Source of the DNA: Eledone cirrhosa | Lineage: Eukaryota | Direction of reading: 5' to 3' | Length of the DNA stretch: 64,000 bases | NCBI GenBank assembly: GCA_964016885.1 | Contig: OZ024740.1 | Location: 83,886,001 to 83,950,000, forward strand | The notes under the pieces: generated by a model | Seen by the model: only the letters and a program-made list of their open reading frames with translations | The model's database searches: none | Told to the model about the DNA's origin: nothing | Translations under genes and position numbers: made by a program | In this document: positions 52,581-64,000 of the stretch, piece after piece | Layout of the letters: each line of letters begins with the position of its first letter | Numbering within the stretch: position 1 is the stretch's first letter

Positions 52581-53577
52581 ATGCCCACACCGAAACGTTC
52601 AAGACTTACCTCCGAAAAAGAAACAGCTACTGCTTTGAGACGACAAATTAGGCGTTCTCAGGTATGCGTTCATTCACAATTGGTTAATCCTTTATGCAAT
52701 ATTCTCCCTTAATGTTAGCAAGCACTGCGTTTATCCTAACTGTCACCACATTTAAGCAACTACAACATTCTAATCGTAGTTATATTAAATTTATTTTGTT
52801 CATATTACACTTTTCTCATTTACTATTGGCACAGTGCCTTTGGCTTACCTACCCAGTATCATTAATTAATTTCTCTAGGAAACACCTGCTGAGGGCGAAT
52901 CTCGACTCGCTGATAGACGTCTTTCCCGGCTGGTTGAGTCACTAACATCCCGTACGACAAGGCTTGCTGATGTTCGCCTTCGTCGCCAACAAGCGCTTGC
53001 GGAGGAGTCACCAACATCCCGTACGACGCGGCTTGCTGGCGTTCGCCTTCGTCACCAACAAGCGCTTGCAGAGGAGTCACCAACATCTCGTGAGACGAGG
53101 CTTGCTGGGGTTCGCCTTCGTCGTCAACAATCGCTTGCAGAGGAGTCCACGGCAGACAGAGACAACAGGATTGCTGCTAAGCGTTCCCGGCATACATTAG
53201 CTACTGCTGCCAAGAGCTCAGGCTGGGTAAAAGCAGCCTTCAGATATAACCCCTCTGAGGATTACGTACTTCTGCCTACAGTTTCCATTGGCAAAATGGA
53301 TAATGTCTGTACATCCTGCAAGGCAATGTAGTGGCCAGGCGAGGCGCCTTCTATGTGCTGTGCAGGAGGTAAGGTGCAACTAGAGGCATTGGCTGAGCCG
53401 CCAGACGTTCTTCTGAATCTACTTACAGGTGACGACACTACCGCTACAACGTTCCGCCGTAAGATGTGGAAATACAACTCCTGTTTCATGATGACATCCT
53501 TTGATGTATACAATAACAACACCAACAACAGCGTGAACCCCAACAACAACGTTGCACCTGTGGTGCGCGGGAAGTAG
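52581..53577 (+). pseudogene. Spliced Helitron RepHel N-terminus (exon 52581-52661, intron 52662-52878, exon 52879-53577), truncated
   Basis: MPTPKRSRL..RRSQ|ETPAE.., 20-aa ESPTSRTTRLAGVRLRHQQALAE-type repeats, then AAFRYNP..IGKMDNVCTSCKAM*WPGEAPSMCCAGGKV..PP..KYNSCFMMTSF (Helitron Zn-finger region). One in-frame TAG at 53329. Confidence 0.8.
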
Positions 53578-54112
53578 CTTTCACACATTTTAACAACAGA
53601 GCAAAGGTCGACTTACACCCGGGCAACGCCGGGTACCTCTGCTAGTATATATATATACATGTGTACTTTCCCTATTTTTCCACGGTTACTTTTTGGCATG
53701 TTTCTTTCACCTGTGTCTTCCCACGATGGGATCTGTACACTTTTTTTCTTCTATTCCTTTCCTATTTTTCCCCTTCTTCCTCTCTCCTCATCTCCCCCCC
53801 CCCCCCCCTTGTTCTTCCTCCTTTACCTCTCTTTCCTTTTCTCTCTCCTTTTTTCTCTCTTTTTCTCTCCTTTTCCAACTGGCCTTTTGATTAATAAAAC
53901 GCCTCGGGCGCACCCGAACTACACCGATGTCCTGTAATTCAGCGCCGAAACATCGGTTCGGGAAACATTTACAGCTGACGATAGAAACTCCTATCTTCCT
54001 TTCTCCTTCTGTTCCGTCCTAACCACCATTCTAAACCTTGTTTTTACTAACCACACAGCTCCTTTCGTTTCATAACTTTTTGTATATATATATATATGCA
54101 TATATATATATA

Positions 54113-54204
<92 letters not shown>

Positions 54205-54206
<2 letters not shown>

Positions 54207-56110
54207 AAAGTTCTATTTAAATTGTTGGAATACAACAAGTAAATATTTTATAACTGATATAAAGCACTCGACAAGTATTTGGAGTAGATATACGATATTA
54301 GCAAATAGAAACTATATTTATAAAACCATATTTATTTCATTATACATATTTAAAGGATACCAAGTTAAATTATGATATGCCTTCATCAGACAAAATACAA
54401 TATATACCAGTTTTATAAATAAACATTGACGTACCCTTTCAAAATGCGACCGTTAGTTTTGGAAGACATCAGGATAGTGGTTTGTTTATTTAGTAAATCG
54501 TAGTGTTAAGGATAAGTAAAAAGACGGAGAGAGAGAGAGAAACGTGGAGAAAAGAAAGGGAGAGATAAATAAAGAAAAAGAGGAAAGAAAAAAGAAAAAA
54601 GAAAAAAAAAGAAAACAGAGGAAAACTGCAGAGAGATATCAAACCACCAGACAGAGAGAAAAAACTCAAGAGAGAGAAATATAGAGGTAGAGAGATGGGG
54701 AGAGAACGAAAACCTTAAGTCATGTCATATTAAGTTGAGTTAACAATTGAGATGAAATGAATAAATAAAATTAGAAATATTAATATTCATGAATGGAATA
54801 TACGTATATAATATGAGAAATTAATCATTGTTTAATTATGATTAGATATTTAGTTTAAAAATTGAGATCAATATATTAAACATTGGAATTTAAACATCAC
54901 AAAATATATATATTGGTAGAGAAATTGCCTATCGTATAGCACGTACATATAGGCAAAGATACATAAATATATATATACACACACACTCAGAAAATACACA
55001 TTATATCTACTCCCGCATATAATATATACATACAAAGCATATGTGATTTTTTTATTACTGCTATACATTTCTTGTGTTATTAAATAAAAATTCTTAGTAT
55101 ATATGTATAAATATATAGGATTAACTTTCATGTATTTATGGCTGTTAAAATTATGCATATCTGCAATCAAAACTGCATGGGTAAGCATGTACACACACAC
55201 AATTCCTAGCTATACATATATAAATATGTGTGTGCATCTTCACCCAATTGGTAGACACGCGTCACTCATGCATATATACAGACAGACATATAATCATAAA
55301 AAAGCATATAACACATGTATATGTATGTTAATACACATATATAGATACATAGTCGTATAGAGATAAGTACATCAATATATTACATAGTACAATTGAGTAT
55401 ATAAAATACAAAAGGATTATATTTTGGAAATATAATTATATCAATATAACTTAAAAGACAAACGAATTCTACAAATATCAAAATATTAAAATATTTTAAA
55501 ATATTATAGAATATCTTAAGTTAAAATAATATGTTTAATAGATTTAGTATAGAAAATGATCTTACGTCTATTTTAATCAAGATATTGAAAGGATAAACTT
55601 TTGAAAATTATGAGAAGCTATCAGAATAAAAACAAACCCAATAAAAAATAAATAAAATATTATATCAATATAACTTAAAAAACAAGGATGCTACAGTTAT
55701 CAAAATATTAAAATATTTTAAAATATTATAGAATATTTTAGCTAAAATAATATGTTTAATATATTTAGTATAGAAATTTATCTTACGTATATTTTATTTA
55801 AGATATTGAATGGATAAACATTTCTAGAGTAGTTTATTATATTTATATTTATATTTAGGAAGAAAATTTATACTTGAGTATTTAACCAAAGAAAATGAAA
55901 AAGGTGAAAGAATCTAATGATTTATCGACAGGTTTCATATATTAGCCAAATTACTTAATTAATTATATTACATTTTAAATTTATATTTATATTTAAACGT
56001 TGAGTTCAATCTATGTCTCCAGCAACTGAATAAATTATTCCTTAAATTAAGGGAATTTTTGGTCTTTAATATAAAGAATATTTCCTCTATACAAAGATCA
56101 CAATTTTCTG
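54205..56110 (-). mobile_element. AT-rich non-coding element of the 42393 family, with a degenerate hammerhead (54334-54397, GAAA>UAAA) and an internal tandem duplication
   Basis: 54220-54400 is homologous to the reverse complement of 44065-44250; 55435-55600 is repeated at 55660-55820. Confidence 0.6.
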
Positions 56111-56153
56111 AAGAGGTGTGTGTGTATGCGTGTGTCTGTGTGTGTCTGTGTGT

Positions 56154-56191
<38 letters not shown>

Positions 56192-56745
56192 GTCAGGTCG
56201 TTCTAGAGTGCTACTGGTAACCCAGTACAACCTGTCTCATGGTCGGGTCGTCGACAACTAAGCCGACAACCCCACCAAGCTTGTTTGGTGAGGAGGGTGA
56301 TATTTAGACACCTTGCGGGATGAAAACAAGACCCGGCAGAGGGCGGAGGAACTCAGCAGAGTCAACGTCCATCCAAATAGTACTTTTTTTTCATTTACCT
56401 GGTAGTGAAAGACCCCAGTTGTTGCCACAACATCTTTCTGGGAGATGGAAACTCTTAAAAAAACTTGCGGCTTCGGAAGCGTCCGATGATGTTGACCAGT
56501 TCTCCTTTTCGGGTAGTGTTTTCGATGCTCAGAGGAAGGGGATTGGTCGAGTGCAAGGCCTTTCCCCACTTAAAAAAACCTTCGAAGCACAGGCATTACT
56601 TGTTCAGGATATGTTACACTTTTTTGTGGCTGGTCGCAGCCTAAAATTGCACCAAACTCTATAATCTGACAAGTGATTGCAATAATCTGAGCAGAGTATG
56701 CAGCCATCATATATATGTATATATATTTATATATATGTATGAATG

Positions 56746-59010
56746 AAGTAATTCCGTCGGAAAAGTCCAGGAAAAAAGAGTGCTCTATGTAGGTAACAGA
56801 GCTTAATAGTTATGTAATAAACAACATAAGGCAATTATTTCATTTACCAGTGGTTTCTTATAAGCAAAAAATGTTGCTTTCAATCATCAGAATGAAAACA
56901 TCCTGGTGTATTTATTGGCGTTGGATTTTAAAAACAAAAATAAAATCTATATGAAAGTGAGGCTGGAAAAGGAAGAAGGAAAGGAAAAATAAAAACACAC
57001 ATGCAAACACACACACACACACACAAATATATGCATACACTTATATATATACATACACACATACATACCATACACACACACATATACACACACACAAACA
57101 CATATATATGTGTACATATATCCATACACATACATATATACATACATAAATATCAACATATCCATACATACACATACATACAAATACACAAACGTGCATA
57201 CACACACACACACACACACATATATATACATGCATATATATATATACATAAACATACATATACATAGTCAATACTTATGGTGCAATCCAATATTCAACTC
57301 CTCTATAAAAACCAAACTACCTCTACATTCTTTAAGCTAATTAACAAACACTTCCCTAAACTACACAAATACCATAGACTCTTTAACAGAAAAACTATCG
57401 AACTCTCTTACTCTACTGTAGCCAACATAGAATCACACATGCATAAAATCAACTACAAAAGAATCTCTAAAGAAAGTAACCTACCAAACATACACCATAG
57501 TACCAAATACAAAACGCAAACACATAACAACATCACAACCACATACACATCAGGGCGCATCACAACAAAACATTAATAAGCCTAAATCTCAACCCACACA
57601 TAACACCATACAAAACCGCAATGGAGAACCTGTACACAGGAAGGCCTCAAACTGCAACTGCCCCCTACCTGATAAGTGCCAACTACAAAATAGATGCCTG
57701 GAATCAAGTATGGTGTACCTGTGTACTATCAATTCGAGCAACTTAACATGACACTACATAGGTTCCACGGCTGGGGAATTCAAAACAAGATAGTACGTTC
57801 ACAGACACTCTATGAAGTACCGTAGACTAGAGAACTCAACAATGCTGGCCAATAAAATCTGGCAGCTTAAGAACACAAAGCGGGAATATAGGATTAGCTG
57901 GTTGAAATTATCGGGAGCAAGGGCCTACAGAAATGGAACGCTCCCCTGCGGACTTTGCAATATGGAGCTATTCCATATTTTAAAGTACGCTAAGGTGCAG
58001 CTTAACAGCAAAATAGAAAGATCAATTTTCTGTAGGCACAAAGCAGCTACAGTGTTCACAAATTTCAAACCAACATGACTCTACCCAGCAATCTCAAAAT
58101 TCGAGCTGGACCACCCGGATTTTAATGTACGGAATACGTACCACCACACTGTTATTAGCTGTCAACTGACCGACTGGTCACTAGATCAACATCATAAATC
58201 TCCTAACCCTTCTTTCACTCTCTCTCCCTAAAGCCACATCAACCCCATTAAGATAAGACAATCCGCATGCTAAACATTTACCACCCACACATATCAACAT
58301 TCCCCGTCCCCATCCTTAGCCCTACCCATTATGTCTCATCCTCGTATCTCACTTAATTTATTGTTTTTTATCTTTTATCTGTCATTTGTTACTACCTCTT
58401 ATTCTCTACTTCTAACCCTTTGACCACCACGTATGTATGTATGGTTCTAATGTTGCTTTTCATGTCAGTATTACCTCCACCCTCACATATTTATACATAC
58501 ACTTACTCACCACCATCACTATTAACAACTATCGTATTCTGCACTTATATTTTTTTTACTTATTTTTTAACTTTTACATCTGTAACTTCTTTACCGCTTT
58601 ATCATTATATTTTATTATTGATGTTATTAATTTGATTCTACGCTGTATCTATACATACCATTGCCATATATGAATTCTCTAGTATTCTGAGGATTTGATC
58701 AGAGGTAAACACTGTATTTAAGGTCGAGTGACGCAACTTCGAGTGATTAGCGGCCTTTAGACCCACCAGATCAATGAAACAATTGTTAATACTTGAAATA
58801 AAACCCCTTGTTGTACGGCCGACCATATTATGCTTCAATCTTTTACTATTATTACTCCAAGTATAACTTGCATAGGAACTCTCGCGAACACGCTACCTAA
58901 CTATGGAAACATCTTGTTGAGTCAAACAAAGCCGGAGTTTAAAACTATCCACAATACAGAGTACACACAACATCTAACTGGATTAGCCATAACGATAACT
59001 TGTTATCCCA
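56746..59010 (+). mobile_element. Naiad-type PLE remnant: repeat 56746-57265, GIY-YIG region 57270-58078 and 3' UTR
   Basis: KHFPK.HKYHRLFNRKTIELSYS, NCNCP..C..C, VY..HYIGSTAGEFKTR, STMLANKIWQLK, CGLC, NSK..CRHK; stops and frameshifts present. Confidence 0.8.
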
Positions 59011-59029
59011 TATATATATATATATATAG

Positions 59030-61004
59030 GAACAAGTAAGACCCCGACGGCTGAGCTCAAGCCGTTTCGACGGCTAATTCTGGACTGAATGAAAATTTAT
59101 TCTGGTATTTAAATAACCGAGCTTATCAAGGGGTAATTCCATATATGGTCAAAGAGATAATCACCAGGATTGGTCACATCACAAGTTAGTAGTAAATCTG
59201 TGATGGCAAATTGGTGGGGGAAGGGGTAGCTAAACCTGCCGGTAGGAGAAAAAGGGTGAGGGGGTGGAGTGGACCCATTCATGCGTTGGTAGTGCCGGCT
59301 ACAGCTGGGCGTGAGGTCAAAGAGGATACTGGGGAGGGGGAGGGGGAGGAAGTCGAAACGGTAAGTAGAACAATGACGGGTAAAACTATAAAAAGTACTG
59401 AGAGAGAAAAAAAAAAGCAAAGTCTGGTTACTAAGACTTAAGTCTCTCGCTATTGCTAGGCTAAAGAAATACTTAAATAAATAAATAAACAAATAAGTGA
59501 ATAAAAGAATAGATAAATAAATTTTAAAAAAATATATAATGAAGAATAAGAAAATAAATAATAATAATAAAAATAAACTAGGTGGGACGGAAATAAAGGG
59601 AACCTTATACGAGGTATAAGTGCGTGTATCGTACGGTGACGGGTCAACAAAGGGGGGGGGGGGGCAAAATACTAAAGAGACTACCACGAAATAATAAAGG
59701 TTTCTACCCCAATCACAGGGCCAGCAACCACCCAGTGGAAGAAAGTAAACTAGTACGAGAATATAATTCAGGGTCCCGCAAAAAAATACTAGTGCTAACT
59801 CTAAGGGTACCGCCACGAAACAAAAAGTCTTATACAAGCTACATGAAAGATCGTACGAAATAAAAGTAGAGAACGGAAAATTAATACAGAAACACCCCCC
59901 CCCCCAAAAAAAGGGGAAAAAGAAGAAATAAATACTGGATAAACGAGAAATTAAAGCAAAGATGCCACTAAGAAATATAGAAGGCACGTTAAAAAGAGAG
60001 AGCGGTCGGAGAAGGGGGCAAGTATCCGAAGTCTAACACCTCTGCTATAAAAAGCGGAGTTGGCCAAATCTATCATACAAGGGACCGAGGGGCTACCTCG
60101 GGTGGGCGAGAAAAAGACGACGACAAAGAAAGGAACTGGGGTAGAAGGACTAGGGAGGGATGGGGGAAGGAGGAAATATAGAGGAAGCGATAAATGAATG
60201 TGAAAGAAGATCTTACGTCTCCATTGGCAAGCAGGGTTTACCCATTACAAAATAGGCAAGTGGGGTGTTATAGCCCTAGTCTACCCCCCCCCCCCCGGGT
60301 CATTATGGGGTTTGAGGTCGAGGTAAGTCCTACGTAATCGGTGTTTACATGCAGTAACCAGTTCATCTTTCTTGTTTAGGAGTTGGTCCGTCGAAAACAG
60401 CATTTGTAAAGTTTCCTCCGAGCATAAATTGCACGGACGGCGTCCTCCCGTGTAAGAGTTGGCTCTGGACAGTAGTTTCCAAGTGAGATCATAGTTGATG
60501 TTGTTGTCCTTGAGGTCCCATATGTGGCCCTAATGTGTAGTGGCGTGACACCGGGCCGGGTTTCGGAAGGTATGTCTGTGTTGGTATAGCCGGGTCTTGA
60601 AGTCACATGCGGTTAATCCTATATAAGCTTTGTTGGAGGTATCCGTGCTAACGTTGCACTGGTAGATCACATTACGGTCTCTGCATCTGTTGTCGAGGGG
60701 GCAACTGGATCTATCAGGACAGTTGCACCTCCTGGTCGGCTCTCCGCTGCTATTTAGGTTGTTTCTTCCATCGGGGTTGAGTTTTTTGTTGTTGGAGGAG
60801 ACGATGTTTTGTGCGAAGTTAGGTGTAGTGCTGTAAGAGAGTTTGATGGTATTTTTGTTAATTATGTTGTGGTGGGAAGTGTTTTTCAATGAGCCTAAAG
60901 AAAATTTTCCCGATGGGAGTTGTCACCTCGGCGTTGAGTGCTCTAAATCAGTTATAAACATTTATGTTTTTCGGACTTCCAACAAACTAAATACCACTTC
61001 TACT

Positions 61005-61005
<1 letters not shown>
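59030..61005 (-). mobile_element. Naiad-type PLE remnant: GIY-YIG 60889 to about 60330, long 3' UTR and an oppositely oriented tail at the 5' end
   Basis: NTIKLSYS..CNCPDRSSCPLDNRC..NVIYQC..AYIGLT..FKTRLYQH. Confidence 0.8.
59041..59134 (-). ncRNA. Type I hammerhead, U3:A8 variant, with extended stems II and III
   Basis: ACCCC-UUGAUAA-GCU-CGGUUA...UAGCCG-UC-GAAACGGCU..AGCCGUC/GGGGU. Confidence 0.8.
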
Positions 61006-61044
<39 letters not shown>

Positions 61045-61048
61045 TTTT

Positions 61049-61079
<31 letters not shown>

Positions 61080-61477
61080 TGTAATGAACATCATAATTAA
61101 ATCGCTCTGTACATAGAGCACTCTCCTTTCCTTTACCTTTTATACATAACAAATATATACAGTTGAAAATTGCAAACTTGACTGTCACCGCAGAATATGA
61201 ACCTGAAGATTGCGAAAGCATGAAAGTACTTTTTCAATTAACACTTAACATTCAATATTCTACCATACTATTTAATTCTAATACCATTGTAAATTTAAAG
61301 GCTTCTAAATAAAACGAGTAAATCAGACAAAGTTGGAATTCGTTTTATTAATATAATCTTCTATACACAATCATACACACCCGTGTATATTTATTTTTAT
61401 ATATATATATAAATGCATAATGGTCGTGTTCCAGCATAGCCTCGCCAGGAGGCTGGGAATGTGAAAGCGAATGTGTG

Positions 61478-61700
61478 AAGTCGTGTAGTTTATTGCTGAG
61501 GTTACTCAGCTCATCTCCGCAATCTCTTGAGTTCGATTCCCAGAACTACATGTGCGCTACATAGAGAAATTTATTTAACGTTGCTGCAGTCTACTCAGCT
61601 TGATAGAATGACTTCTACTTATAATTCGAACTTGCTAATCTTGTTACATTCTGTGTCATGGTGATTCTCCCGAGAACAAAGTATAGAGTGCATTACCACA
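61478..61700 (+). mobile_element. Degenerate tRNA-derived SINE (second family)
   Basis: B-box GAGTTCGATTCCC followed by GTTGCTGCAGTCTACTCAGCT and a CATTCTGTGTCA body. Confidence 0.45.
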
Positions 61701-61780
61701 TTTATTTCAAAATCAAGTCGTTCCACTGTTTAAATCGCTTGGAACGCTCGTATCATAAGCGTGCGAGTTCCAGTATATGA

Positions 61781-61874
<94 letters not shown>

Positions 61875-61978
61875 CAACGTAAGTCCATAGAATCATTTGG
61901 TAAAATATATACAGTATTTCTCCTCCCAATCACCATAATTAACCACATGATCGGATATTTCCAAAAAGCCAATAGATG

Positions 61979-62759
61979 TTCTTGTGTTCTATTAAATTTT
62001 ATTATACATATTTCAGAGGTACAACAGTACGTCCTCATCAGATAAAATAAAATGATACATGACATACCCAGAGATGTTAAATGGTTAAGATTTAATCAAG
62101 GTAGTGATTAACTTATGAGAAAACTCAACATTTATACCCTAATAATGAGAACATGAGAAAACGTAATAGAATCAATAGAGAAGGTATGAGTAAGAAAAAC
62201 ATTGCTTTAATGTAACAGTTATAGAGTTTTTTTAAATCTGGGATACTACAAATTAGGATTATAGAGGAAGATGTCTCTGGAATTATAATTTTATTAAAGT
62301 TTTTAACTTGAGAAAGCAACCGGTAGATAATTAAAGAGAGGGAGAGATAAAGGGAAGTAATTTATGCAAAAATCTTTTCACATATAGACTTAGCGGTTAA
62401 ATTTTTAAATATTTAATATTAAATTTATGTTATTTTAGGGTGAAGAATCAAAATTTTAGGATTTAAAGGTTGATGGTTATTTATATTAATTTTATAAATT
62501 TTATAAAATTTTTTAAATGTGTTACATTTCTAAAATTCTAAGTTTTATGAAAACAAATTCAAAGGATTTACTAGGCCCGCGAAAGAAAAATATACAATGT
62601 TCAATATTCACTTAAATGTAATCTTTGACAAAGTTACCTATAACAGTGTCAACATTTTCGGTATGTATAATTTATGAAGTACTTACTGTTACAAATATCA
62701 AGGAATTTATTGTCAAGTAGATACATTGTCTAAAGTATAATAATTAACGCAGTTTTCAG

Positions 62760-62847
<88 letters not shown>

Positions 62848-63934
62848 ATTTATCGTAATATATTAATATTTATTATATTATATTAAATGACTATATTAGT
62901 TCTACCTTCAAGGGAAGAATGAACTCTAAATAATGATTAGGTTATTGTACAATATATATATATTTGTACAAACTATATCTAGCGGTATACCGAAAAAATA
63001 ATTATGATTAAGTTATTATACAATATAAATATAGATGCAAAAGACTAAATGCAGAGATATACCTAACTATTAATATGATTATGTTATTATACAATATAAA
63101 CATATTTGCAAAGATTAAATATAGAGAGATATAATAAGTATTAATGAGACAGTATGCTTTGGGTAAATGATAACGATTATAAGTTATTATACATTATAAA
63201 TATAGATGCAAAAAACTAAATGCAGAGATATACCTAACTATGGAACACATTTAAAACATTTTATAATTAATATAAATAATAATTAATATAATTAATATAA
63301 ATAATAATATAAATAACCATCAACTTTTAAATCCTAAAATGTTGATTCTTCACCCTAAAATAACATAAATTAAATATTAAATATTTTGAAATTTAACCGC
63401 TAAGTCTATATGTGAACATTTTTTGGCATAAATTACTCCCCTTCATCTCTCCCTCTCTTTAATTATCTATTGGTTGCTTTCTCAAGCTAAAAACTGTAAT
63501 AGAATTATAACTCCAGAAACATCTTATAATCCTAATTTGTAGTATCCCAGATTTTAAAAACTCTATAACTGTTACATTAAAGCAATGTTTTTCTTACTCA
63601 TACCTTCTCTATTGATTCTATTACGTTTTCGCATGTTATCATTATTAGAGTATAAATGTTGAGTTTTCTCATAAGTTAATCACTACCTTGATAAAATCTT
63701 AACCATTTAACATCTCGGGGTATGTCATGTATCATTTTATTTTATCTGATGAGGACGTACTGTTGTACCTCTGAAATATGTATAATAAAATTTAATTGAT
63801 CACAAGAACTGATCACATTTTATTAATATTTGTATTTTAATATTAATAACTTTGGAAAATATTTTTACTGTAGAGTGCTTCCAATCTACTGTAAAACTCA
63901 TTATTTGATGTACTCATTGAATCTTGTTTAACTC

Positions 63935-63940
<6 letters not shown>
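61979..63940. mobile_element. Non-coding AT-rich element with inverted arms of about 520 bp (61979-62527 and 63240-63808), each carrying an outward-facing hammerhead
   Basis: Hammerheads at 61996-62048 (-) and 63739-63791 (+): AUUUUAU-CUGAUGA-GGAC GUAC UGUU GUAC CUCU-GAAAUAUGUAUA/AUAAAAU. The centre holds (TA)n(TG)n and tandem repeats. Confidence 0.85.
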
Positions 63941-63970
<30 letters not shown>

Positions 63971-64000
63971 CATACTTATATATGCGTTATATATTATTAT

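Larger units (their letters stand above)
50241..53645 (+). mobile_element. Internally deleted Helitron (3.4 kb)
   Basis: 5' A|TC, 3' hairpin CCCGGGCAACGCCGGG then CTAG|T, no TSD; internal TCCGATTTC..TGAAA.TTGAC repeats (50318-50680); contains a RepHel N-terminal fragment. Confidence 0.85.

Noticed and set aside
52930-53150. CRISPR-like or regularly spaced repeat array
   Set aside because: These are head-to-tail coding repeats without unique spacers, inside a eukaryotic Helitron ORF.
56400-56520. IS200-like transposase resemblance (LVNIIGRFRSRKFF*EFP..LW) on the minus strand
   Set aside because: Short, interrupted by a stop and lacking an HUH motif; likely chance.
58684-58720. Hammerhead-like CUGAGGA...UAAAC in a Naiad 3' UTR
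   Set aside because: The core is mutated and there is no stem I.
59109-59987. 292-aa hydrophobic ORF resembling a membrane protein
   Set aside because: Low-complexity T-rich PLE 3' UTR with no conserved motifs.

Overview
Eukaryotic, very AT-rich, microsatellite-dense DNA. The SINEs and repeat content suggest an animal genome, probably an octopus-like cephalopod (inference). No intact host gene is recognisable; there is at most one candidate exon. The window is a nest of retroelements and DNA transposons: (TAA)n-associated R4/Dong-type non-LTR elements, one near-complete Neptune-type and one near-complete Naiad-type Penelope-like element (PLE) plus several PLE fragments, tRNA-derived SINEs, an RTE fragment, a mariner remnant and a 3.4-kb internally deleted Helitron with a spliced RepHel N-terminus. 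Three signals stand out. (1) The Neptune-type PLE has a coiled-coil-like ORF1 that overlaps the RT-GIY-YIG ORF at an in-frame U-UUU-UUA slippery site with a downstream hairpin, suggesting a gag-pol-like programmed -1 frameshift. (2) There are about 20 hammerhead ribozyme motifs, many with the compensatory U3:A8 core (UUGANAA) across several unrelated families. (3) A family of non-coding, hammerhead-tipped inverted-repeat elements shares a GAGTGCT tail motif and sits in (TA)n. All assignments were made by eye and coordinates are approximate.
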